This document shows positions 11,600 to 24,030 of a DNA stretch of 64,000 nucleotides, one piece after another. The DNA comes from Camelus dromedarius (lineage: Eukaryota). The DNA lies in assembly GCF_036321535.1 (NCBI RefSeq), contig NC_087436.1, positions 21,702,001 through 21,766,000 on the forward strand, written 5' to 3'. The notes below the pieces were generated by a model. That model was given only the letters and a program-made list of their open reading frames with translations, had not been told where the DNA came from and did no database searches. Both the position numbers and the translations under genes were made by a program. Position 1 is the first letter of the stretch; every line of letters starts with the position of its first letter.

Positions 11600-12158
11600 T
11601 TGCTATTTCAGAGAGATGTCAGCACCGTCATGTTCAGGGCAGCATTATTCACAATAGCGAAGACACGGACACAACCAAAGAAGTGTTACTCAGTTATAAA
11701 AAAGAAGCAAATCTTGCCTTTTGTGACAACATGGATGAACCTGGAGGACATTATGCTAAATAAAATAAACTAGTCACAGAAAGAGAATATTGCATGATCT
11801 CACTTACATGTGGAATCTAAAAAGGCTGAGCTCATAGAAAAAGAGAATAGATTGGTGCTTGCCCGGGATGAGGGCAGGGGAGATGGGGGAGATGTTGGCC
11901 AAAGGGTACTCACTTTTTCAGTTATAAGAAGAACAAGTTCTGGGAATGTAACGTACAGCATGATGACTCTAGTTAATACTGTATTATATACTTGGAAGTT
12001 GCTAAGAGAGATCTTAAATGTTATCACCGAAAAAAGATAATTATATACAGTGATGGAGGTTTAACTAACTTTATTGTGCAATATATATTTGTATCAGGTC
12101 ATCACATTCTATACGTTAAACATATACAATGTTATATGTAAATTATATCTCAATAGAA
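11600..12158 (+). mobile_element. L1 3' end (L1MA9/L1MB-like)
   Basis: catgttcagggcagcattattcacaatagc, acatggatgaacctggaggacattatgctaa, atctcacttacatgtggaatctaaaaa, ends aattatatctcaata. Confidence 0.9.
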
Positions 12159-12274
12159 CTGAGGGATAGGTACCTTCCATGACATTTAGTAGGTGAGTTA
12201 TTTGAGGAAAATTCTGGTACCTGTTGGTATGTTTTCAGGTGCACAAAACAGGATTCTCAACTGAAAGTGGAATT

Positions 12275-12606
12275 TTTTTAAAAAGTACACAAATGAACTT
12301 ATTTCCAAAACAGAGACAGGCTCACAGACTTAGTAAACAAACTTATGGTTACTTGCGGGGAGAGGGGATGGGGAGGGATAAATATAAATTGGGAGTTTGG
12401 GATTTGTAGATACTAACTACTATATATGAGACAGATAAACAGCAAGGTCCTACTGTATAGCACAGGGAATTCTATTCAATACCTTGCAATAGCCTATAAT
12501 GAAAAAGAATATGAAAAGGAATATATATATATATATATAGCTGAATCACTATGCTGTATACCAGAAATTAACACAACATTGTAAATCAACTATACTTCAA
12601 TAAGAA
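12275..12606 (+). mobile_element. Cetartiodactyl-type L1 3' UTR, 5'-truncated, with TSD
   Basis: acaaatgaacttattt..aaaacaga, aaggtcctactgtatagcacagggaa, acaacattgtaaatcaactatacttcaataa; TSD aaagtggaat at 12264-12273 and 12607-12616. Confidence 0.9.
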
Positions 12607-13139
12607 AAAGTGGAATAAATAGTTTGGGATTATGTTTCTTCTACCATAACAAGTGAAGAAGTAGATGACTCCAGGAGGCATAGCAACCCCACATGTCCAG
12701 ACCTCTGGGAAGGCTTCCCTTCAGTTCTCTTAACCATCCCTCATTCTTACAACGTGGCTGCCATAATACTAAGCATGACATCTTCTCACCAGTCCTCAAA
12801 TTCAAGAAGAAAGAGGCAAACATTGCTTTGCACATATTTTTCCCTCTTTTTATCAAGAAGAAAATCTTTTCAGATATATTTCCATTGGAAATGAATAGTT
12901 CAAGTGCTTTGTAAACATTTTCTGGCAAAAGGAACTATGACTTCCATCTCTGGGCCTTGGCACGTTATTGCCCAGAACCTGAACCAGAGTAGCCTCCTAT
13001 TAAAGAAAGCCCGCAAAGGGAAGTGTCTTCTGAATGGGCATTCAGGTGTCTGCCTCGATACCTAAAAGCCAAAGCCTTAGGGACCTTTGCAAGGGGAAGA
13101 TGGACCCCTCTGTGATTGTTTCATTTCTCTGTCCTCATG

Positions 13140-14250
13140 TCCACATGTCACTGAGTTCAAGCAATCATTCTCTTGCTCACCAACAGGGTCTTCATTCAGC
13201 TACATGTCGAGGAACCTCGGCCCATTTCTCCAGCCAAGCTCTCTGTCCTGAGTTCCAGATCCATGTAGTTATCTCACTGTCTACTTCATAGTTAGATTTT
13301 CTGCTTGGATGTTTCGTAATTACAAAAATGCAATGTGTGCTCAACTGAATCCGTTATGTTTAGTCCCTCCTGCTTCTCCTGGAGCCCCTACTTCAGAAAA
13401 CGCTCCACTCTCTGGAGTCACCTTGGCTCCTGCCTCTCCATGAAAGCTCATATCTGGTCACTGGATTTTGTGACTGTTGACTTCTAAGTGTCTCTCAGGC
13501 CCACTGGATTAGTTATTAGAAAGGCATCTGCATTAGTTTGCTACGACTGACTTAACAAAATGCCACAGACTGGCCTAAAAAACAGCTTCATTTTCTCACA
13601 GCTCTGGAGGCTTGAAGTCCAATATCAAGGTGTGTCAGAGCCGAGGGCTCTCCCCTTGGCTTGCAGATGGCTGCCCTCTCACTGTCTTCACACCATCTGT
13701 TCTCTGTGCGCACTCATCCTTGGTGTCTCTCTGGGTGTCCGTATTTCCTCTTCTTATAAGAACACCAGTGAGGTTGAATTGGGACCTACGCTAACAGCCC
13801 CATTTTAACTTAATCACCTCTTGAAAGGCTCTGTCTCCACCTGCAGACACATTCTGAGGTACAGGGCATTAGGGCTTCGACATCTGAACCTGGGGGGAAC
13901 ACAGTTCAGCCCATAACACCATCCCAGTTCTACTGTCTTAACTCTGGCCACATCATGTCTTCTCTCGATTACCGATTGCTCTTTGCCCCCCGCTGGAGTG
14001 TGCTTTCTCATCCTGACACCCATGTTTAAATGCCTTCCGTGGTTTTCTGCTACTTTAGCCTAGTATCCAAAGCCCTTTGTGATCTGTCTCTAGTCAGCCT
14101 CTCCATCTTTATCTCTAAACAATTTCTTCTCATCAGATCCACTCTCTAGCCGTATAGACGACCTTCAGATTCTCTAAGTGACTTGCTCTGCAGACGCGGG
14201 ACCCTCAAATACCCACTTTGTTAGTAATTTACTTCCAGCGTGGAATAATG
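13140..14250 (+). mobile_element. L2 fragments, split by an MLT LTR
   Basis: ctccagccaagctctctgtcctgagttccagatccat, ctggagtcaccttggctcc, aaagccctttgtgatctg. Confidence 0.6.
13528..13918 (-). mobile_element. MaLR solo LTR (MLT1A/B/C-like)
   Basis: tgcattagtttgct.., ttctcacagctctggaggcttgaagtccaatatcaaggtg, cattttaacttaatcacctc, ends cacagttcagcccataaca. Confidence 0.88.
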
Positions 14251-16059
14251 TTCTATCTTTTATTCCATCATCTTGAGTTATCACTACCTTCCTAACACCT
14301 TTAGTCACTTAATGGGAATTTAAGAAGTTCCAAGCACTGTACCAAGGGGGAAATACTAAAAGAGACCCTTAACATTTAACACTCAGGTAATTAGCACAAA
14401 TCCTTGAAACAAAAGTAGGCACCATACTACCAATGCACTGTGATATTTCTAGGGTTATAAGCTAATTAATGTACGGTTAGTTAGTGTTTTGCCTTTTGAG
14501 CTTAAAAGACTAAGAGATCTTTAGAAGTCATTGGATCTCTTTCTTTCCTTTCAGAGATCTGCATGTAAACCTCAATTCTTTAATATCTCTTGAAAAAATG
14601 ATGCCATGATGTATATGGTGATCCAGTTTCCATTTGATCAGATATACACACCATTGCGTTAACTTTATGCCATGTGAGAATCAGCGTCAGAGAGGAAGCA
14701 TGATTTGTTAAAGAAACCCTTTCAACAGCCTTGAAAATAAGCAGTGGTACCTTATTGTTGACTCAGAATCTTCACCTGCTCTACTGCTTCCATAGAGATA
14801 CATTGGCCATAAAAGGAATGAACCCAGCAGGGTTGTTTGTTTGCTTGGTATAAGTTATTACTCACTTTTGGGAGAAAGGAGATTGCTGTTTCTAAGTTTG
14901 CTGTATGTATATTCAACCCAAAAAGGATCATACTGTCTTACTGCTTCTCAGAGCACTTGAAAACAACTCATGCTTATCTTTCTGGTTCTTTTTTGTTTTT
15001 AATTTATGCAGTAATATTTTGCACAAGTCAAAGAATCGCTTGCCTTTATGTAAACTACATACTTTTCCTGTTATTGTACTCAGAATGATCTTTATATGGT
15101 CTAAATTTATTATACTTCTGTACAGCCAGTGTTTGTATTTCTGGAAATTTAACCAACGAAAAAAACCCAAAAGAGGCAAAGATTTTATGCACAAATGTGT
15201 TCATTGTATCATTATTTAAACAGTTAAAAAATTGGAAGAACACTAGTATTTGATAATAAGACAATAATTAATTAAAATTTGATAAATATAAAAGATATTT
15301 ATAAAGAAGCTGATGTATAGGGGCATACTTTTGTTACAATATTTAGTAAAAAAATCAGGAAACAAACTTATATACACAATAGATCAACTATTAAGACACA
15401 CTGTATGTGGAAAGATGGGAAGAGATATGAAATTGTTAAAACTACATATCTCTCGATTATGGAATTATAAAGAATTGTTGTTTTTCTCTTCCGTGCTTTT
15501 CTTTATTTTCTGACTTTCCTACACTAGTTATGTACTGTTTTTATAATCTCTCAACATTGATTTTAAAAATTATATTTGAATAGTCCTAATAGCATGGAAA
15601 AATTTTATATTATTTTTTGTAAGTAGAATGCAATATGTTAGTTGTGCTATGGTTTTAGTTACAGTAAACAATGAAGGCGATTACCACTGTTTTCAAAAGC
15701 AGTTGCTTCCGAAGAGTGAATTATGATGGTGTGTTCTATATATCTTTTCAGAATTGTCCAGTTTTTCCACAAAACGTATATCTTTTTATATGTATTATTT
15801 AAGATCAGTAAAAGATGCACACAACTATTTAAAATATATTGGGATTCGTGAGATTCAGAGAGTATTGCATAGACAGTATTCCTGAAATATATGTATTTAA
15901 GGAAAAGAGAATTAAGAGATTTTTTTTAAAGTAACATTTTAAACAATTATAGTTGTAAAACATTTAATAGAGGTTGAAGGTGAAATTTCCTTTATGTTGT
16001 GTGATACTTCAATGGGATTAATTCCAATCTTTGAATTTAGTGGTTTTGTGAAAAATTCA

Positions 16060-18250
16060 CTCTTAAAAAAAAAAAACTACCCATGTATTATGTGTATGTG
16101 GGTAAAGTCCAGTGGTACCAAAGGGTTTATCAAGAAAAGAACCAGCCCGTTTCTCACTGTCTCCATCCCATTGTTCAGACACAAACACTTCAACCATTTA
16201 AACCACTTCTGATTTTGGTTCTTCCATTGATTAATACTATAACTTTAAATAATATACTTAAATACTAATTGATTTATCAATTTCTCACTTCTAACTACTT
16301 CTTCTTTTCACTATGGAATCTGGTTGTTGATCTCATTTATACAATTTTCTTCCCTTTTCAATTTTGAATATATATTTTGGAAAAGCTCTTCAATTGTGTC
16401 TCTGTGTAAGTTTTGATAATACATTTTAATTTCTACTTTTGTTCCCTAGTCTGTAGACAAGGTCTCTTCATTCCTCATGATGTCCAGGGGGATATTAATA
16501 CCTCCTCCTCCGCTACACTTCTTTCCAACTCTGTCTTTCAACCTGTTGGCTGTAACTTTCCTTGTATGTCATCAAGGTAGATAGTATTTACAGTCTATTC
16601 TGAAACTGTAATCAGTTCCCTCATGCTTTAAGAATCTAAGTAATTTCTAGAGATGATGAGTAAAATTCTTTTCCTTCGTCATGGGCCCGGTTACCCAGCC
16701 CTCAAGCCTCTTGAATCAATCTAGCATCAAGTTAAGTGAGTTCTGTGTGATCTCACGCCCTGCTAACTGCTCAAAATCATGCCACATTTGGGTTTGCATT
16801 ATATATGTAGAAATCGCTTTCTTGTAGAGTTCTCTGTCTTTTCTGATGTTTCTGTCCCTCCCTCTCCTTCTTCCCTCCCTTTGATAACCATAAACAACCT
16901 TTACACAACATCACTAATCTCTTCTGGCTGATTTTTATATTGATTGAGTTTATTTCATTTTTCTTCTTTGAGATTTTCTAGTGATGGCCCAGTGGCTTCC
17001 TGTCCTAACTGCAATCAGTTGCTTTCTAGGCTTGCTGCCTAGTGTTATGTCCAAATTTCCTTTCATTGTGCTCTGCTCTTCTGTTGTTTTTATTTCTTAC
17101 ACCTTTCTCTTTCTTGACTTCCATGCTTGTTTCAGTGAGGCATCCTCAAGAGATTTCCTCTGAAAGGCAGATGTGAGATAAATGTTCTGAATTTGTGACT
17201 ATCTGAAGATATATTTATTTAACCTCACTTTTGAAAATAGATTATCTATGCTCAAAAAAAATTTCCCTTAAACTCTGAGAACACTAGAATTTAATGATGA
17301 TAATGGCATATTTATTGTCACGCACTTTTTTTTTTGGTGAATTTTTATTTTTCCACTTTGGGAACATTTAGGATATGCTCTTTGTATTAGGGAGTATAAA
17401 ATATCATGAAAGGATGTCTAGATTTTTTTTTCTTTTATTATTTCTTGGACTTTGAAATTTGGTGATTCCTTCTCATGTGAAAACATGTATCTTTTTTTGT
17501 CTTCACCCTCTAGAACTTTGGTCACTTAGATGTAGATCTCCCCTACCCGGCCCCCACCCTTTTTTGGAGATCTTATTTTACTCTGCTCTGGGAAAGCTCC
17601 TTGACTTTATCTCCCAATTTTTCTCTTGGTAATCATGATTTGCATCTGTGGAAACTGTTTTTCCTTCACATTGGTCTCCCCTGAATAGAGTCTGATTGGA
17701 AACTCCCTGTACGTGGATGAATCTTGTCAACTGACAGTCTGAGTTCTAGAGTGAATGAAAAGAAAGCTTCCTCTTAGGTCAAGAACTCCTAAATGCCAGA
17801 GTAGGTAAGTGCCAGCTTCAGTAGCAGAAGTCTAGTTTCTGCAACAATTATTCAAATCTTTAGCAAGAACTCTATTAGATGTTTTTCCCCCTGGCTGTAA
17901 ATGTTAAGCTGCTGGAAACTCTGCCTCTCTGCTGTGGCAGGGATAGAGTCTCCTTGGTTAGACTTTCACTGACCTTCCGTGTTCAGCATCCTTTTTGCTA
18001 CCCTCCATGCCTCGCTGCCTTCTAGCACAGGGCATGTTCAGTGTTCTCATTCCCTGGCTGTGGATTTTTCCATTCTGTTTCATTCATAGCACATCTCTTG
18101 GCTACTTTCCACCTCTCAGGATTTTGCTGAAATCTTTTGACTGCTGAACCCCTGATTCCTTATATAGATTTATTCCCCGTGGTGTTGATTTTTGTCACTT
18201 TAATGGCACTGTTGTCTTGCAACAAATGAGAGAGACAAACGTATCTGCCA
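16060..18250 (-). mobile_element. Highly decayed old L1 (L1ME/HAL1-like) fragments
   Basis: T-rich antisense L1-type motifs such as ctatctgaagatatatttatttaacctcacttttgaaaatag; boundaries uncertain. Confidence 0.45.
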
Positions 18251-18829
18251 TGCCCTTTAACTTACACAAGAATCCTCCGTGTCTGTGTCCTCCTTAGTTC
18301 ATTCATTTGAAAATCCATCCTTCATGCTTCAAACATTTTTTGAGCTCATATAAATGTGCCTGTCACATAGAGCGTGGTGTTGGGGATGGAACAATGATGA
18401 GATGTGACCCTCATCTTCGAGATGCTCACTTCCATTGTGCATGAATATTGAAATCAGATTCAAAGATGAAGGGCCTTTCTTTGGGAGGAATGGATATAAA
18501 AATGGAATGAATGTGGAGGTATTGTATGTCTCCCTCATATTAGATAATATTCTTAAATTAAAAATAATGACCTAAATTTAGGTGAAAGCATATGAAACAT
18601 ATTGAATAGAGGCAGCAATTATGAAAGTTTTAGAAAGAAGATTTGTAGTGGGAAGAACAGCATATATAAGACAAAAAAAGTAGTTGAATAAAAGCATAAT
18701 TTATCAACAGAGTTTATTTATTTTTTGGTTGTAGAAGGGATTAAAACATTGGGTAAGCAGAGGCCATAGATTGGTTTGGCCACATTAATAATTGCATTGG
18801 TATTAGTAAATATGATACTGATGATAATA

Positions 18830-18990
18830 ATAATGAAAATTAGCAATTATTAAGCACTTACTATATACCAGATGCTATTCTAAGATCTGTTGTATTTTCG
18901 CACATCCCTGTGAGGTAGATATTGTTAAAACTTGTTCTTCAAACTGAGAAAATAGGTTTTAAAAGGGCAGATTATCAGTCCAAGGACTTT
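18830..18990 (-). mobile_element. MIR SINE
   Basis: aataatgaaaattagcaattattaagcacttactatataccag..ccctgtgaggtagatattgtt. Confidence 0.75.
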
Positions 18991-19469
18991 AAGAGGAACT
19001 TTAGACAGCATTCTCTTTTACATTTTATTTTGTTACCTATTGCACAAGAAAACCCCCTATAAAGTATGCATAATATTATACAGAATGAAAATACAGCAGT
19101 TTTGCATACATACCACTCAAGTTAAGAGAACTGTTGTCTTTGAGGCTCCTGGGTGCTTGTTCCATTGTCATCCCTATCTACTCTTCCTAAGAGGTAATCA
19201 CCTCTCACCCTGGATTTTGTGGTGTAATTCCTCTGTTTTTTCATCATAGTTTTATCACATGTGTTTCTATCCCTAAACCTATCTGGTTCGGTTTTTCATG
19301 CATTTGAAGTTACGTAAATGAACTCATGTAACTTGCTTTCTTACTGAACATTACATCTTGACCTTCACCCATGGTTTTGCACGCAATTATAGTTTATTCA
19401 TTTTCAATGCTACATAGTGTTCCACAGAATGAATACAGCACAAGTCATTCATTTAATCCATTTTACCCT

Positions 19470-20009
19470 TGAGGCAGGAAGCCCCATAAAAAGACGGGCA
19501 GGACCCCTAGGCAGGGCCGCTGCTCTCCTTCTAGCACCGTCCGGTTCCCTGGCCCAGAGGCTCTATCTCGCTCTTTGCCTCTAAAGCAGCTAACTTACAC
19601 CTAGAATTCTATTGGTTCCCTGAGCTAACTTCTGATTGGCTATCCTTTACTCCTGATTGGTTATTACTCTCACTTCTGATTGGTCCACTTCTCTAACTTC
19701 TGATTGGTCCATTTGTAGTACTTCATTTGCATGGAGCGCACTCCTGATTGGGCTAATTCTATAAAGCTTGTTCCTGGTTGGTCAACTTCTGTTGTACTTT
19801 ATTTGCATATGATGTTGCAAAGTGTCAAACTGGCAGCCTATAAAAGGCCTGTGGAAACCTACAGAGGGGGTCCAGAGCTTGAAGTGTTAACTCGTCTTGG
19901 CCCACTGGCGTAATAAGCCTGAGTTCTCCAACCCTCTGATTCCTACTTGGTCTCTTGCCTGGATCCAGGTTGCTGTCACAACTGAGCTGTAACATGTTTT
20001 TCTGCAACA
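19470..20009 (+). mobile_element. ERV solo LTR (probably class I) with CCAAT array, two octamers and TATA box
   Basis: TG...CA termini, near-TSD ccct/ctct, ATTGG x6 (19611-19751), ATTTGCAT at 19725 and 19801, TATAAAA at 19839. Confidence 0.85.
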
Positions 20010-20735
20010 CTCTTGGATTATATTTTGCCATTACAAAGAATTCTAAATGAATATTCTTGTGAAATATTCTTTAAGGTACATATGTGTGTATATACATTTC
20101 TATTTATCTATCTACCTATCTGTACTTAAGGTGTACATATATATATAAAACCGAGAGTTGAATTCTTAGCTTACAGTGTATGCACATACTTATACCCTAG
20201 TATCTAATGCCAAATTGTTTTCCAAATTACATTCTCTAAATTTTTATGGGTTTTTTTTTGCCGCTTTTGCTAAGTGCTGCCATTTTTCTTATTAGATTGT
20301 TTGTCATTTCTGATTGATTTGCGTATGTGCTTTGTGTATTTTCATGCTAACATTTAATATTATAAATTTTATCTCCCAGTGTGTGACTTGAATTCTCACT
20401 TTCTTTTTATGGTATCTTTCAATGAACAGAAGTTCTTAATTTTAAAGTAATCTAGCATATCAATATTTTCCTTTATGACTTGGGCTTTATATGTTTAAGA
20501 AATCATTCCTTGCCCAAGGGTATTAAAGATACACTCTCTTACCTTCTTAAAATTTTATTGTTTGCTCTTTCATATTTAGTTCTTAAATACACAGAATTTT
20601 TTGTGTATAATACCAGTACAGATTTAATGTTACATTATTTTTTTCCCCATTTTGTTTCAGCCCTTTATATGGAAAAGTTCATTCTTTTTCTACTGAGTTT
20701 CAGTTTTAGGGAAGTTTAAGGTTTTCTCTTTTAGG

Positions 20736-21235
20736 TGTTTACTGAAGAAATGCACAACTTAAAGCTGAGAGTTATGTTTTATTCGGTGGTGTTTTTGAGG
20801 ACTACAATCCAGGTTGGCATCCTCTCAGATAGCTCTGGGGACTATTCTAAAGGGGTAAGGGAGGAGCCAGGCTATATAAAAGGTTTTGCTGAAAAAAGAA
20901 AAAAAAAAAAAAAAAGCCAAACATCAAAAGATTACTGCTAATCACAAAACAAACCTCTGAAATCTCAAGTTAATGATTTTAGTGCTTTTCCATGTATAGG
21001 AAGATGCATGAGTCTGGGGTCATTGAAATTATTCTTTTGATATGTGTGTTAATTATCTAGGGCTAATACTGTGTCTTTCTCCATCCTGAATTCCCCTCAG
21101 GGTATACATTTGGGGCAGCTGCAGTGGCTGATGGCTTGAAGGCTCAAGGGTGGGCAACATTCATTGTTTATGGGAATGGCAGGCAACATTTTTTGTTAAC
21201 TTGAAACAGCGGAAACTTTTTTTTTGGTCCGCATA
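20736..21235 (-). mobile_element. ERV1-type solo LTR
   Basis: Starts tgtttactgaa..; reverse polyA signal tttatt near 20778; cctctcagatagctctg..gggaggagccagg..tatata, aagattactgctaatc. Confidence 0.7.
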
Positions 21236-22621
21236 TGAAAATTTTAAAGTTTTACTCTCTGAAGCTTTTGTATAACTTTTGCCAAGTTAATTTCTTAGTA
21301 CTTTTTTTTGTGCACTGTAATGAATGATTTTTTTTTTAATGAAATTTTCTAGCTGATTACTAGTGGTTTAGAAACATTTCTGGATTTTGTCAGTTCGTCT
21401 GTATTTGGAAACCTTGCTAAACTATATTGAGAGCTTTCGTGCTGATTCTTGTGATTTGCCATGTAGATGATCATCTTCCTTACACATAGGGTAGTTTTGC
21501 TTCTTCCTTTCCAATCCTTATACCTCATTCTTATATTAAATAACAATGATAGCAGTTATCTTAATCTTATTTCTGAATTTAAAGACCATGTCAAAAATTT
21601 CTCTGTAAAGTAGGATATTTTCTGTAGTGTTTGGCCATTAAGCTTATTATCAAATTTAAGAAATGTTTTATTATTTTTATTTCTTTGCTTTTTATCCTAT
21701 ATTGTTGAACTTAAGAAATACTTTTTTTGTACCTATTGATATAGTCATATGAATTTTCCATGTAGTCTTTAATTTCTTTTCCATTTAGTTTTCTTTCATT
21801 TTTTGAATAAAGCTTTGTTTTTTCCATGTAGGTATTGTATATATTTTCTTAAATTTATTCCTAACTACTTTGTGTTTTTTAAATGTTATCTTTATTACAT
21901 TTTATAGCTCCTTGATGATAGTGTTTAGAAATGCAATTGATTTTTGTACATTGATTTTGTTTTCAGCAACCTTGCTGAAATGTTTTGTTAATCTTGGTAA
22001 CAAATACACTGTGCTTAGCACTGCACCTTATTTATTTATTTTGCCTTTTCAGTTTGACGTTTAGAATCACGGTTTTCTATGCACAGTTGATTGGAGTGTT
22101 TAGGATTACTGTCATGCTAGGGCTTTGAGGCCTCTGAGGAAATCCTTAGAGATACGTTTTCTTACTTGCAGGGTCTGACCCTTAGCTGCTGCGACAAATC
22201 CGTCCTCTACTTTGTTTTGTCCTTAATGCTTTTTGTCCTATTGGTGGTTACACTGAAGTAGTGCCCTGCTCACAGTTCTGCTTCCTTGTTCAGTTTCACA
22301 TTTACTGAATTTCTGTTGTGGCTACACGCTGATCCAGACAGTGGGCTGGTGCTGAGGATACAAGAATGTGAAGTCAGTCCTTGTCTTCCTAGTAATGCAA
22401 GAGTTGGTAGACATTTGGGCAGATTTGTTCTTGATTAATTCTTCTGTGTTGCAAAGGGTAACTTACTTTCTTTGGGGGAGCTCCGTTTTTCATGCATGGG
22501 CAGTTACTGGAAATAAAACACTCTCTGTGGGTGTTTCATGTTTTTTAATCTTTGGGTTTAAACAAATGAATGTATGTAGTATTGGCCCATTTCAGGTTCT
22601 GTAGCATTTTTGTCATTTACT

Positions 22622-22740
22622 CTTTTTTTTTTTTTTTTGGTTTGTTTGTTTATTTATGTATTTAATGGGGGTACTGGGGATTGAACCTAGAACCTTGTGC
22701 ATGCTAAGCATGTGCTCCACCACTGAGCTAGACCCTCCCC
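22622..22740 (-). mobile_element. Camelid tRNA-derived SINE (vic-1 type)
   Basis: Poly-T tail then gggggtactggggattgaacctagaaccttgtgcatgctaagcatgtgctccaccactgagctagaccctcccc (reverse B and A boxes); residual TSD ttgtcat on both sides. Confidence 0.9.
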
Positions 22741-23629
22741 TATTGTCATGTGTTTTTTATTTCATGTGACATCTTGGGACACTCAAAAATTTAGAAGATC
22801 GTATTTTGCCAGAAAAGAAGTTGGACATTCTGACTCCTGGGTGTGGTCACAGATATCCATCTGGTCATGAGGACATGAGAGTGAAAATTGGGTATAGAGA
22901 AAGCTTGCGTGGCCCAATTCATTCTGAGATTACCTTTGGCAGATTTTAATCTTGTGTTTCTAAAAACATCTTGGGCACTTCATTTTCAAAGTCAGAGCAG
23001 TGTTTGAGTTGATTTGGTGGTGTTGTCACATCAACACTTTACCAGTGGTATGGAGGGTACCCTTGTTCTCTTGTGCTCTGTGACTTGGAAAGGCTCATCT
23101 GCTTAGATGTGGAGTGATTTTTGCATCTGTGACATCTCAGGACGTCTGCCACTCTAATGTCAGTGAGAATATGGTCAAAGAATCTGTTACCTTCTCCGAG
23201 CCCATGGTAATGCTTTTCATTTCTTAAGCACTGTCTCTGTTTACCTAAAAGCGGTTTCCTTATACTAAAAGAAAAAGCACTTGGGGGATGATTAAATCAA
23301 CAATCATACTTTTATGTAATGGAAAATCATGCAGCATTTGAAAACATTTTCAAGGAATTTTTAATGTCAGGTGAAAATGTTTATGATAAAATAGTAAGTG
23401 AGAAATGAGTGACTATTAGTATTTTTCTGTCCCCTGCCAAACAAGTACTCTAATTGGTATGTGTTGTTTTGACAATTGGAGGGAAATTTTCTTTAAAAAA
23501 TGTATAAAATCTATTTCTAAAACATATCACATATACACAAATATAATCAGTGGGATTAAATATGAGACATTGTAGGATTATTTACTTTAGAACTTAAAAA
23601 AATGAAGTTAACTTGAAAGGATTCTCTCT

Positions 23630-24030
23630 TGGTCAGTGCTACTTGAAGTTTATTTTGGGTTTCTGTCAACCACACTTGGGTGCTTGGGTTGTTGGAGGTG
23701 GGCTGATGAACAGCTGGAAGGCAGCGTGAGGCAGTATGAGAAGATCTGGGTGTGGAATCGGTGTTTGGGAGAACAGGCTGATGGTGGCTGGTTTGGTTTA
23801 GGACAGTCAATAGGTGGGTAAGTTGCAGAGCCCATTTCTCAGGGTCCAAACTGCATTGGTAGGGACTGTGGCTCTGAAAACGATTATAGCTGAGAAGGAA
23901 GGCAAAAAGAAGGCCATTCTTTACCTCTAGGGATGCAGTACAGTGAGCCAAAGTACTGGGGAGTTCTTCTGTAGGAAGATGTGGGTGAGACATTGAGCCA
24001 ATCACTGAAGTAGAGCTTAGTTGTCAAGAA
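23630..24030 (-). mobile_element. L2 fragment
   Basis: gaacagctggaaggcagcgt..agatctgggtgtggaat..tttgggag, ttcttctgtaggaagatgtgggtgagacattgagccaa. Confidence 0.5.

Larger units (their letters stand above)
19020..21990 (-). mobile_element. Old L1 (L1ME-like) 3' UTR plus ORF2 remnants, interrupted by two LTRs
   Basis: aatgaacagaagttcttaattttaa, tttagaaatgcaattgatttttgtacattgattttgt..cagcaaccttgctgaa. Confidence 0.75.

Noticed and set aside
14555..14673. Plus-strand acceptor/donor pair
   Set aside because: Stops in all frames; repairing stops by C>T reversion makes any sequence look coding
19611..19790. Regularly spaced short repeats as a CRISPR-like array
   Set aside because: Units are ~8-bp CCAAT boxes in an LTR U3 in mammalian DNA; no spacers or cas genes
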